From a virus (Duplodnaviria; Caudoviricetes): a stretch of 64,000 nucleotides of DNA. The stretch is from the IMG/VR virus record IMGVR_UViG_3300027286_000002, one strand, 5' to 3'. Positions 9,168-17,547 of the stretch are shown here, piece by piece. A program made the translations under genes and the position numbers. A model generated the notes under the pieces. It was not told where the DNA came from and did no database searches. It saw only the letters and a program-made list of their open reading frames with translations. Numbering within the stretch: position 1 is the stretch's first letter; each line of letters begins with the position of its first letter.

Positions 9168-9440
9168 ATGAAACCATTAAATCAAAATGTGATTATCAAA
9201 CCATCACCTGTAGAACCACAATCCCAATCAGGTTTATTTATTCCAGATACTGCTAAACAAGACCAATCTATTGCTACTGTGATTGCAATAGGCACAGGTT
9301 ATCCAAATGGCAAACCTTTAACAGTAAAGGTTGGCGATAAGGTAGTTTATTCCAAGTATGCAGGTGTAGAACTTAATTATGAAGATCAAGAGTATTTGGT
9401 CTTATCTGAATCGGATCTTTTGGCTGTGATTAAAAATTAA
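9168..9440 (+). CDS. groES: Co-chaperonin GroES (Cpn10)
   Basis: MKPL..NVIIKP...SGLFIPDTAK...VIAIGTG...VKVGDKVVYSKYAGVEL....YLVLSESDLLAVI, full Cpn10 signature. Confidence 0.95.
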   Translation: MKPLNQNVIIKPSPVEPQSQSGLFIPDTAKQDQSIATVIAIGTGYPNGKPLTVKVGDKVVYSKYAGVELNYEDQEYLVLSESDLLAVIKN

Positions 9441-9494
9441 TATTTTATTTATATGCAAGTCTTTATAAAACAACTTTGAAAAGGTAAAGATAAA

Positions 9495-9758
9495 ATGAGA
9501 AGATTTGCAAATACAGAATCATCAGAAATGCAAGCTAAAGTAATCCAAAAAATTCTTGAAAACCAAATTGCAGATAACTTTTATATAAATGATGAAATGA
9601 AAAAAAAAGTTAAACAGCTTTTAGCAACTATGGATATGGAAGCTATCGATGAAGATCTTATGGATGATATTGATTATGCTTTTGATGCTTATGCTAAAGC
9701 CATGCAGAATTTCTTTTATTATGCAGAGAAATTAGAAGATCTTATTAAACTTGTTTAA
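9495..9758 (+). CDS. Hypothetical protein
   Basis: 87 aa helical; AAGGTAAAGATAAAATG. Confidence 0.7.
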   Translation: MRRFANTESSEMQAKVIQKILENQIADNFYINDEMKKKVKQLLATMDMEAIDEDLMDDIDYAFDAYAKAMQNFFYYAEKLEDLIKLV

Positions 9759-9937
9759 AAAACCATTTTAGAAAAGAATGGTTTAAACCAAGTTAGCATT
9801 ATTGTACTTCCTATTCCACAACCTAATGCAGTTCCTATAAAGCACAGACAAAAAGTTAAGATTGCTTTATTTCTTATCTTATTATCACTCGCATCTACAT
9901 ATCCTGTTCTCTTTAAGAAAAACTCTAACTCATTCAT
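9755..9937 (-). CDS. Small membrane protein at end of array 2
   Basis: One hydrophobic helix; ATGA-coupled to 9934-10158. Confidence 0.55.
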   Translation of the reverse strand: MNELEFFLKRTGYVDASDNKIRNKAILTFCLCFIGTALGCGIGSTIMLTWFKPFFSKMVF

Positions 9938-10158
9938 TTATCTTCCTTACATGGTGCTAAATACCTATTAGGATTTAATATCCAATTTCCTCGTCCAATA
10001 ACTTCTCTATTTCTTGCAGTGGACAAGGCTACAAACACTCTAAAATTAATAGGAAAGATTTCAATACCTGATTTACTTGATGCTATGCTAGATAAGGTAA
10101 AAACACTATGCTCGTTTCTAGTAACTTCATTACTACTTGTTTCAAACCAACAGATCAT
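9934..10158 (-). CDS. TRD-like mini-protein, array 2
   Basis: MICWFE.SSNEV...LSS...G..I...NFR...AR...NW...YLAP. Confidence 0.85.
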   Translation of the reverse strand: MICWFETSSNEVTRNEHSVFTLSSIASSKSGIEIFPINFRVFVALSTARNREVIGRGNWILNPNRYLAPCKEDK

Positions 10159-10364
10159 TTTTCTTCATCCTTATTAGGTGCTAGATACACATTTTCATAT
10201 TTTATCCAATCATCTTGTATAATTCTTTTTGCCACAAATAAAGATATTCTTTTCTTATCATATCCATTTAAAAAAGCACTATGTCCTATTTTAGGTATGC
10301 TACTTAATACAGTAGTGCCTTGTGCATACAAATGCACAATATTACTATCAAATACAAAATACAC
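10155..10364 (-). CDS. TRD-like mini-protein, array 2
   Basis: GTG start; close paralog of 11576-11791 (MYFVFDSNIV...KIGH...GYD.KRISLFV...W....VYLAP). Confidence 0.8.
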   Translation of the reverse strand: MYFVFDSNIVHLYAQGTTVLSSIPKIGHSAFLNGYDKKRISLFVAKRIIQDDWIKYENVYLAPNKDEEK

Positions 10365-10366
10365 TT

Positions 10367-10582
10367 TTAGTTATCCTTATTAGGTTTTAAAAACCTGTCT
10401 TGATCATTTATCCTAGTATGTTTAGGTAAAATTCGAGCATTAAATAATCCTACACTTTCTCTAAAATTACTGTCCTGTACATATAAGCCTCCACTATGAG
10501 AATAAAATTTACAGGATTGCAAATAAACAAGTTGCTGTCCTTGCCATACATTATTTGAATCACTTATGAAATAAAATCTCAT
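10367..10582 (-). CDS. TRD-like mini-protein, array 2
   Basis: F..DSNNV..Q.VYL.S...GLY...NFR...LF.AR.L.K...IND.D.FL.P. Confidence 0.85.
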   Translation of the reverse strand: MRFYFISDSNNVWQGQQLVYLQSCKFYSHSGGLYVQDSNFRESVGLFNARILPKHTRINDQDRFLKPNKDN

Positions 10583-10583
10583 A

Positions 10584-10796
10584 TCATTTCTTTCTTAAAG
10601 CTAGATAAACATCATCTCTATTTATAAAGCTGGCTGTACTCACTAACCTTCTACTCATATATAAACAGACAGATCTTCTTATATTAAAAGGCTCTACATA
10701 TAGACCATGATTTACAGATGATACACCACTTAATAAAAATACATCCTGTATGTTTTTTCCTATGTTGTTATTATTGTTCTCAAACCAATAAACCAT
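10584..10796 (-). CDS. TRD-like mini-protein, array 2
   Basis: Family pattern; AAGGAAGATAGCTTATG start. Confidence 0.85.
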   Translation of the reverse strand: MVYWFENNNNNIGKNIQDVFLLSGVSSVNHGLYVEPFNIRRSVCLYMSRRLVSTASFINRDDVYLALRKK

Positions 10797-10828
10797 AAGC
10801 TATCTTCCTTATATATAGAAATCGTGAT

Positions 10829-10861
10829 TTTTTACCTATATTGTAAAAACATAGGTAAAAA
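10829..10861. terminator. Inverted repeat (possible terminator) inside array 2
   Basis: TTTTTACCTAT-N11-ATAGGTAAAAA in the only intergenic gap of the array. Confidence 0.5.
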
Positions 10862-10862
10862 C

Positions 10863-11102
10863 TTATATTGTTTTACCTATATAGACATCGTTACTGTTTA
10901 TCCAATTTGATTTTATTAATGATCTAACACTATATAAAGTAATACATCTTCTCATATTATTCTTATACATATATAAACCATTTCCCTGTACCTCTCCCCT
11001 ATTCATATGACCCGGGGATGTGAAAGATGTCATATAAGCACCTTGAGTAGCTCCTGTAATGTTATTTTCTTTAGATGTGAAAAAACCATAGTGATTACTC
11101 AT
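10863..11102 (-). CDS. TRD-like mini-protein, array 2
   Basis: MSNHYGFF subfamily. Confidence 0.85.
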   Translation of the reverse strand: MSNHYGFFTSKENNITGATQGAYMTSFTSPGHMNRGEVQGNGLYMYKNNMRRCITLYSVRSLIKSNWINSNDVYIGKTI

Positions 11103-11340
11103 TTATCTTATCCTCTCTTCCCATGTACCTATCTTGGTCGTTTATCCATGTGTGTTTTGATAACACCCTTGCACCATATAAAGCAATGACTTGCCGTATG
11201 TTACTTTGGTGTATATATGTTCCAAATCCTTTTAAGTGATGTTTTCCACCATCGGATGTTGAGGACATTAAATAAGCACCTTGAACAGACCACTGTACAT
11301 TATTACCTTCACTGATAAAGAAACCATAGTGATTACTCAT
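11095..11340 (-). CDS. TRD-like mini-protein, array 2
   Basis: MSNHYGFF subfamily; strongly similar to 7486-7719. Confidence 0.85.
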   Translation of the reverse strand: MSNHYGFFISEGNNVQWSVQGAYLMSSTSDGGKHHLKGFGTYIHQSNIRQVIALYGARVLSKHTWINDQDRYMGREDKINE

Positions 11341-11573
11341 CTTATCTTATCCTTACCTATATAGGCATCATTACTGTTTATCCATTGTGATTTTATAAGT
11401 GTCTTTACTACAAATAAACTCACTGTCTGTCTTATATTATTTTTCTCTACATAATAACCAGCTTGCCCCATTAAACCTATACCACATCTAGGATAAGACC
11501 TTGTACTTAATAAATAACAATCCTGCATACCATGCTGTATGTCATTCCCATTACTATTAAAATAACAAATCAT
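11337..11573 (-). CDS. TRD-like mini-protein, array 2
   Basis: MICYFNSNGNDI...LLST...GYYV..NNIR...LFV.K.LIK..WIN..D.YIGK. Confidence 0.85.
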   Translation of the reverse strand: MICYFNSNGNDIQHGMQDCYLLSTRSYPRCGIGLMGQAGYYVEKNNIRQTVSLFVVKTLIKSQWINSNDAYIGKDKIR

Positions 11574-11575
11574 TC

Positions 11576-11791
11576 TTATCTCTTTGGTGCTAAATAAACA
11601 TCATCATGCTTTTCCCATGATGATTTAATAACTGATCTACATACAAATAAAGATATTCTTTTTCTGTCATATCCTCTTAAATATGCACAGTGTCCTATCT
11701 TTGGCTCACCACTAAAAAGTAAAACCCAAGAAGTATTCGTCCTCACTATATTACTATCAAATACAAAATACATTCTATTACTTCGGATCAT
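11576..11791 (-). CDS. TRD-like mini-protein, array 2 (first gene, ATGA-coupled to the methyltransferase)
   Basis: ATG at 11791 overlaps the MTase TGA (TCAT at 11788-11791). Confidence 0.8.
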   Translation of the reverse strand: MIRSNRMYFVFDSNIVRTNTSWVLLFSGEPKIGHCAYLRGYDRKRISLFVCRSVIKSSWEKHDDVYLAPKR

Positions 11792-13350
11792 TCTTTTAAA
11801 AATCCATATTCATATACACCCGGTCTTAACTTATCACCTAAAACCTTATGCAATTCTTTTAACTTCTTAAAATCTGCATTATACTCTTTTTCCCAAAATC
11901 CCTTTAACTGATACCACCCACAATCCCAACATAATAACTGCAACTCAGGATTCGCTTTAGCATATGCCTCTCTTGTTGCCAATGACTTTAACCATAATTC
12001 TGTAGCATGAACTAATAATGCCACTGCCTCTTCACTTAATGTCAATTCTGCTATTAATGTAGACACATAAGATTCTTCATAATACTTCTCATAATCTGCT
12101 AACATCAATGCACTATGCTCTTCTATTGCACCACGAATGCCATATCTCTCTAACCAAAAGAAATGATTCTTAATTTGCCAAATCTCACCACCCCATGATA
12201 CATCTCTCATAGATGTACAATTATTCTTCGTTTCAAAAATAGAATAAATATGTCCATCATCCACCCACTGCTCATAGCCTGTCTTTACTTCACTTGATGT
12301 ATGCTTATATTTATTCCCTTCGTCTAACCACCTCTGTGTAAATGGTATCGATGGATATGCAATATATTCAATTTCTTTTTCAGGTGCTTTTTTAATTGGA
12401 CCCGTCTTTTCCCTTTCCTTGATTTTAAGACCACTTGTCATAATTGGATATTCATAGGTTTCCATATCTTTAATAGGTTCTCTAACCCACTCACTAGCTG
12501 GCATATGGTTATCGCAATTATAAATCTGTTTCCATCCATAATGACTTGCATCAAGATTTTTAATTTCTAACTTTGGATCTGTCTTAGTTTTCCCTTCACT
12601 CCAAATCGTAAAGCCTACTCCCCATTCAGATGAAACACCTGCAAATGCACTCGCATTAAAGAAAAATCCTGCTTTAAATTCAAAGGCATTGTAATACCAT
12701 TCTCTAAATTTCTTTGCTGTTTCCTGAATCATAAACTTGATTGGTGAAAAGAAACATAAACTGACTTTCTTATATCCAAAATACTTTGCCTGTCTTGCAC
12801 ATTCAAAAATAAATTGAAAATATAAATTAGAACGACAAGCACCTAAATGCAACATCTTTTCTTTAACAAGTGTATTACTCACACCTTCTTTATTTTCTTC
12901 ATCATCTGCAAGTGTACCTGCCGCCGCATATGGTGGATTAATAAAGAACACAAGTCTTTTACCTGCCTTTGCTCCTGCATATAACTGATCTTGCACTGCA
13001 TCTGGAATAACATTGCTTTCATCACCTAAGCTAAACAAACATCCATCTGTATCTGTTGGATTTAAGAAATCATACTTAAAAGCATTTTTAAATCCTTGCT
13101 TATGTAGTAAATCCACTTCAGGTTGCTCTAATGTAGATAAGATTAAATTCTTAAAATCATATTCTCTAATCAAATTGCCTGAGCCTGAACAACAATCCCA
13201 TACAAGACTTTCTTCTTTCCAAGTTTCACCTAAGACATTACTTGTTAAGGTATGTGCTTGATCCACCCATAAAGCTGGTGTAAAAAATGCACCTTGTCTT
13301 GTTCGGATTTCATTCTCTAAGGTTTCATCATATCTGTGATGTTCACTCAT
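11788..13350 (-). CDS. Orphan N6-adenine DNA methyltransferase (gamma class), target-recognition region apparently shortened
   Basis: Motif X GAFFTP, motif I VWDCCSGSGNL, motif IV FINPPY; no nuclease domain. Confidence 0.9.
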   Translation of the reverse strand: MSEHHRYDETLENEIRTRQGAFFTPALWVDQAHTLTSNVLGETWKEESLVWDCCSGSGNLIREYDFKNLILSTLEQPEVDLLHKQGFKNAFKYDFLNPTDTDGCLFSLGDESNVIPDAVQDQLYAGAKAGKRLVFFINPPYAAAGTLADDEENKEGVSNTLVKEKMLHLGACRSNLYFQFIFECARQAKYFGYKKVSLCFFSPIKFMIQETAKKFREWYYNAFEFKAGFFFNASAFAGVSSEWGVGFTIWSEGKTKTDPKLEIKNLDASHYGWKQIYNCDNHMPASEWVREPIKDMETYEYPIMTSGLKIKEREKTGPIKKAPEKEIEYIAYPSIPFTQRWLDEGNKYKHTSSEVKTGYEQWVDDGHIYSIFETKNNCTSMRDVSWGGEIWQIKNHFFWLERYGIRGAIEEHSALMLADYEKYYEESYVSTLIAELTLSEEAVALLVHATELWLKSLATREAYAKANPELQLLCWDCGWYQLKGFWEKEYNADFKKLKELHKVLGDKLRPGVYEYGFLKE

Positions 13351-14177
13351 TTTTTTTCTTTCACATGGTCTAAATGGTTAAAAAAAGTTTTCACTAAATC
13401 TGCTCTTGAAATTTTATCTTCCAACTCTTTTCTTAAAAAGAAACACTTGATCTTTGAATCATATTTATGTGTTTCCACTGATGCAAACTCTGCATCATCT
13501 TTTAAGATATATGTTGTCTTTAACTTCCCTGCAAAATCCAATACTATTAAATACAAACTCTGATCTTTAAATCCTAAAGAAAATACTTTGCTCGCTTTTC
13601 TTGATGCACCTTCTGCAATCTGATGCCACATCAAATTGCCTATTAATTCTACACCTAAATCTTTGGCATCAAAATTTGAGATATTTGCATATCTATTTGT
13701 ACGAAAGACTGCTCTCTTATCATCTAATGTTAGTCCTCTTAATTCTTGATTGCTCGCATCTACATGATAAGTATTATAGATATTAATCATATCACTTAAA
13801 ATCCCTGCCTTTTTCATCAGCTCAATCTTATTTTGCAAAATCCTTTTTGAACCATATTCCAAATCAAATTTTTGCCTGTATAAAACATCTCTTTGCTTTT
13901 CTAGTTCTAACATTTCTTTTTCTAATGTTGAATTAATTGCAACTGCCTCTTCTGTATGTTTTTCATATATATGACTATAATCATTCGGATATGATGTCAT
14001 TTGCTTTAATGGCTTTAATACTGCTCTACTCGCAAGCACTGCTTTATGCACACCATCATATTTATTTGATGCCTCTCGATATTCTTTATCAAGAGTTTCA
14101 TATCTTTTTTGTATAGATGCTAAAAACATCTCACACTGCTCTAAATATGTCATTTCTGCTTTCTCCTTTGTAAGCAA
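13347..14177 (-). CDS. Hypothetical protein with N-terminal coiled coil
   Basis: 276 aa, ATGA-coupled to the MTase. Confidence 0.7.
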   Translation of the reverse strand: MLTKEKAEMTYLEQCEMFLASIQKRYETLDKEYREASNKYDGVHKAVLASRAVLKPLKQMTSYPNDYSHIYEKHTEEAVAINSTLEKEMLELEKQRDVLYRQKFDLEYGSKRILQNKIELMKKAGILSDMINIYNTYHVDASNQELRGLTLDDKRAVFRTNRYANISNFDAKDLGVELIGNLMWHQIAEGASRKASKVFSLGFKDQSLYLIVLDFAGKLKTTYILKDDAEFASVETHKYDSKIKCFFLRKELEDKISRADLVKTFFNHLDHVKEKK

Positions 14178-14192
14178 GCTACTTATATTTTT

Positions 14193-14477
14193 TCACTTAA
14201 AGGTTTCCACTATTTCTTCTACTAAAGCACCTAAATTTTTCCTTAACACTTCTACTTTTACCAACCTGCCTGTGTTTAAACATATATATATCCGATCTGT
14301 TAACTCATCTGACTTGTCTAACACAACCTCTGCTTTCTCATTCACTATATATATTTCCTGCCCATTATCCACTACCATTGCTAATCTTGTCTTTATAAAA
14401 TAATCTCTTATCCTATTATATAATATCCGTCTCGGTGTTTCAAATGCAGGAAATACTCTATCCCTCTCATTATACAT
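14193..14477 (-). CDS. Hypothetical protein
   Basis: 94 aa, overlaps upstream gene. Confidence 0.65.
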   Translation of the reverse strand: MYNERDRVFPAFETPRRILYNRIRDYFIKTRLAMVVDNGQEIYIVNEKAEVVLDKSDELTDRIYICLNTGRLVKVEVLRKNLGALVEEIVETFK

Positions 14478-15075
14478 TTTTACAAAAACTCCTCAATACA
14501 CATGGTTTTAATACCTTTCCCTTATATAATCCACCTTCACATATCACCATTGGTATTTTACCATATCCACCATAACATCCACCTTCTGCTTCGCAATAAT
14601 ATCCACCCATGTCTTTAATCGCTTGTGCTAACACTGACATCCCTTTTAAAGACACTTGATTTAATAAATGCTTTTCTTCCACTGTTAACACACTCTCACC
14701 TGCTGTCTTAACTTCTTCTTTAATCACTTCCTCTACTACCACTTCCTCTTCTATCACTTCCTCTACTTCTTCTACTAATTCTTCTACAAATAAACTTTCT
14801 TGTCTTGCAGGTCTTGACCAATGTAATGGTTTCGGTACTACCAATACTCCTTTTTTCTTTAACTCAAATACCACTGATGATAAATTATTCGTAAATACTG
14901 ATACACCTCTATCATACACGCCCCAATGATTCTCATCTACTACTCCTAACTTCGATAAAACTAATGCTTTACCTTCTTTACCTGAATGTATCATTGCTCC
15001 TTCAGGTAACTCTAAAATCACCTGCTGAACTACTACCTTTAATGTCTTTCTTAAATCTTTTGCACTGCAAATCAT
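14470..15075 (-). CDS. Hypothetical protein (Glu/Val-rich linker, Cys/Gly-rich C-terminus)
   Basis: AGGAGAAAAG RBS; EEVEEVIEEEVVVEEV low-complexity tract. Confidence 0.7.
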   Translation of the reverse strand: MICSAKDLRKTLKVVVQQVILELPEGAMIHSGKEGKALVLSKLGVVDENHWGVYDRGVSVFTNNLSSVVFELKKKGVLVVPKPLHWSRPARQESLFVEELVEEVEEVIEEEVVVEEVIKEEVKTAGESVLTVEEKHLLNQVSLKGMSVLAQAIKDMGGYYCEAEGGCYGGYGKIPMVICEGGLYKGKVLKPCVLRSFCKNV

Positions 15076-15111
15076 TTTCTTTTCTCCTGTCTGTTGGTTT
15101 GTTTACTTAAT

Positions 15112-15140
15112 AACACTTGCTCTAAACCTTTATTGCAAGT
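15112..15140 (-). promoter_or_regulatory. Conserved promoter motif; could drive the operon containing the MTase and array 2
   Basis: ACTTGCAA-N14-AAGTGTT. Confidence 0.75.
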
Positions 15141-15752
15141 TCATTCAAATTTTACAAAATTCTGTAATGGTAGCTTTTTCACTTTCCCTTCAGAATTTTC
15201 CACTACTACTATATAACACACATACTGCTTATATACACTCTGTACTGATACCAACCTTAATAACTCTTCCTGCTTTACATCTTTTATATCAAAACCATAC
15301 TCATCTACACCTATATCTAATCCCATACCATAATACTCTTCTTCATATATCCTGCTATTCTCTAATAGTCCTTTAAATAACCTGTCATACTCACCTACCT
15401 TTGCTACTCTTGATTTTATGATATTCTCATTCCCTTTCGTTATCGTATATAACTTGTACTCACCTGTCATTATATAATGCACTTCAGATACTCCTAATAA
15501 ATTGTCTTTCTCTAAATAATACCCATCTCCTATGCCTATCATCTGCACAGGTGATAAAAATCTCAAATCACCTATATCCACTAAATACTTCTTTCTCAAC
15601 CTCTCATTAAATACCTTCTTCAACTCTAAATACTTTTCTTTGCCTATATACTGCTCTACTTCATTCTCTTTTACCTTAAATAAATTATCCGATGAATAAT
15701 CCATCTTCACATTTAATGTCTTTAATAATGCAAAATACATCTGCTCTATCAT
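15141..15752 (-). CDS. Hypothetical protein (paralog of 15749-16327)
   Basis: EVEQYIGKEKYLEL..RLRKKYL vs EISEYVGREKAQEI..EMEKKYL. Confidence 0.7.
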   Translation of the reverse strand: MIEQMYFALLKTLNVKMDYSSDNLFKVKENEVEQYIGKEKYLELKKVFNERLRKKYLVDIGDLRFLSPVQMIGIGDGYYLEKDNLLGVSEVHYIMTGEYKLYTITKGNENIIKSRVAKVGEYDRLFKGLLENSRIYEEEYYGMGLDIGVDEYGFDIKDVKQEELLRLVSVQSVYKQYVCYIVVVENSEGKVKKLPLQNFVKFE

Positions 15753-16327
15753 TCACTATCTCCTATTAACTTCTTTAAATCCCTTCCATTATAATACACA
15801 ATTTCACCTGTCCTTTTTTTTCTTAATACTACTTTTTTGTACTCACCTGTCATTTTTCCTATTCTCTCTATTCCCATATACTCATACTCTTTATATATGC
15901 TTTTCCTTTTCCTTATCCCTTCTTCATTTTCCTCTATAAACTTTCTGTAGTCATCTATTTCTCCTGCTACTGCTATTCGCTTTATACATTCCTTTTCCAT
16001 TACCATCTCTAAATCATAATTCTTTCCCATTAATACCATTAAATACCTGTGTTCACTTATCGTGTACATATATCCTTTTTCTTCTAATACTAATCCTGCT
16101 TTCCCTTTTATATATATTGGCTGTAAATATTCCCAGCTACCTTCTCTTAAATATTTCTTTTCCATTTCCCTTTTATGATTTCCCATTATTTCCTGTGCTT
16201 TTTCCCTGCCTACATACTCACTTATCTCTTCTTCTGTTAATCTTCCACATATTCCATCTGATGCAGGTAAGATCTCTTCTAATCCTATTTGCTTTCTGAT
16301 GCTGTTTATATAATTCAAAATTTCCAT
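15749..16327 (-). CDS. Hypothetical protein (paralog of 15141-15752)
   Basis: Colinear similarity; ATGA overlap. Confidence 0.7.
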   Translation of the reverse strand: MEILNYINSIRKQIGLEEILPASDGICGRLTEEEISEYVGREKAQEIMGNHKREMEKKYLREGSWEYLQPIYIKGKAGLVLEEKGYMYTISEHRYLMVLMGKNYDLEMVMEKECIKRIAVAGEIDDYRKFIEENEEGIRKRKSIYKEYEYMGIERIGKMTGEYKKVVLRKKRTGEIVYYNGRDLKKLIGDSE

Positions 16328-16331
16328 TTTC

Positions 16332-16859
16332 TTAAATCGTCTTCACAAGACCATTCTCTAAAATCTCTACTACATAATCATCTGTGCATACTCTAACCCA
16401 TTTGCTACACTCTAATCCTAATTTACTCTTCATCAAATCCTTTACTCGATTTACTATTCCTTTTGGTGTAAATCCTAAATCCATTCTGCCACTTTCTAAT
16501 TTACCATTAATGTAAATTTTGCCTGTGTTCTTATCTCTTAATAATCCGTGTAATTCTAAGTACTCAATATGATCTTCTGCAATCTTATCTTTGTTTTCAC
16601 CTAGTGAACTTTGCATTAAAGAAACTCGTAATCCTTTTCTGCCAAATGATTCACCAAAGATCGCATCATTCACATCTGTTGAACTTGCTTTAATCCCTTC
16701 CTTGTTTACCAACTTCACTGCTACATCTAAAGATACTTTTTCTAAAAAGGTATCTAGTCTTTTCAAGTCTGCTACACAATCACTCTTATAGTCATTGTCT
16801 AATCTTACTACCAAAACTTCGTTTGCATTCTTCTTGCTTGTTAATCTTGCTACGATCAT
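16332..16859 (-). CDS. Hypothetical protein (paralog of 17548-18072)
   Basis: DYKSDCVADL / GRKGLRVSL / TGKIYING vs DYKTIILNDL / GRTGLITSL / TGDLYCTG. Confidence 0.75.
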   Translation of the reverse strand: MIVARLTSKKNANEVLVVRLDNDYKSDCVADLKRLDTFLEKVSLDVAVKLVNKEGIKASSTDVNDAIFGESFGRKGLRVSLMQSSLGENKDKIAEDHIEYLELHGLLRDKNTGKIYINGKLESGRMDLGFTPKGIVNRVKDLMKSKLGLECSKWVRVCTDDYVVEILENGLVKTI

Positions 16860-16903
16860 TTTTTTACTCCTAAAAAGGTTTTTGTCTTTATTGACACTAT
16901 ATA

Positions 16904-16932
16904 AACACTCACCATTCAGATTAATTGCAAGT
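16904..16932 (-). promoter_or_regulatory. Conserved promoter motif
   Basis: ACTTGCAA-N14-GAGTGTT. Confidence 0.7.
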
Positions 16933-17100
16933 TCACTTAAAAAATCTCATCTCATTTTTTAAAATAAATTATAGTTTCATTTTCAGTTCTATTTTTTCCC
17001 ATACCAAAAAATACTGCAAATCACTTTTTAGCTTTCCTAAATAGATTTTACCTTTTTATTTCTCATCTCTTTTTTGACCTTAACCTTATATAGACATATA

Positions 17101-17199
17101 GACAGGCATATACACATTAAGACAGATATGGATAAATAAAGACAGGTATGGATTAAAACAGGTATGGATAAAATAATACAACATGGTTTGCCAAACCAT
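17101..17199. repeat. Iteron-like direct repeats plus hairpin
   Basis: GACAG(G/A)(T/C)AT at 17101, 17121, 17141 (20-bp period), ACAGGTATGGATA at 17158; ATGGTTTG-C-CAAACCAT at 17183-17199. Confidence 0.7.
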
Positions 17200-17305
17200 A
17201 GTTTCATTTTCAGGATGCCATTTTCAATACACTTTCAATATGGCTAATTTGGTCAAGTACCTTTAAAGGCAATGTTTTAATGAGCATTTCTATAATAGAG
17301 AAATC
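17193..17305. repeat. Dispersed non-coding repeat, copy 2 (partial third copy 16971-16986)
   Basis: Matches 2462-2575; ATAGTTTCATTTTCAG also at 16971. Confidence 0.8.
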
Positions 17306-17310
17306 TAAAC

Positions 17311-17532
17311 CTATGATTGATCTAGGTATGTATTGATAAATTGTATAAGGTATGCTTTTTGTTTATGGTTAGTATTAGGCAGGGAATTAAGAAAGTCAGT
17401 GAAAGCCATTTGGTTAGAGATAACATTCTTAATGCTAGTATTTAAAGCTATTAAATCAGGATCATGCTTAAAGGTAAAAAAACTAGAGCATTGTTTATTA
17501 GTATATGTCATACCAGCAAGATAAATAAGCAT
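17311..17532 (-). CDS. Hypothetical protein
   Basis: 73-aa ORF downstream of 17548-18072. Confidence 0.45.
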   Translation of the reverse strand: MLIYLAGMTYTNKQCSSFFTFKHDPDLIALNTSIKNVISNQMAFTDFLNSLPNTNHKQKAYLIQFINTYLDQS

Positions 17533-17547
17533 ATGGGAAAAGAACCT

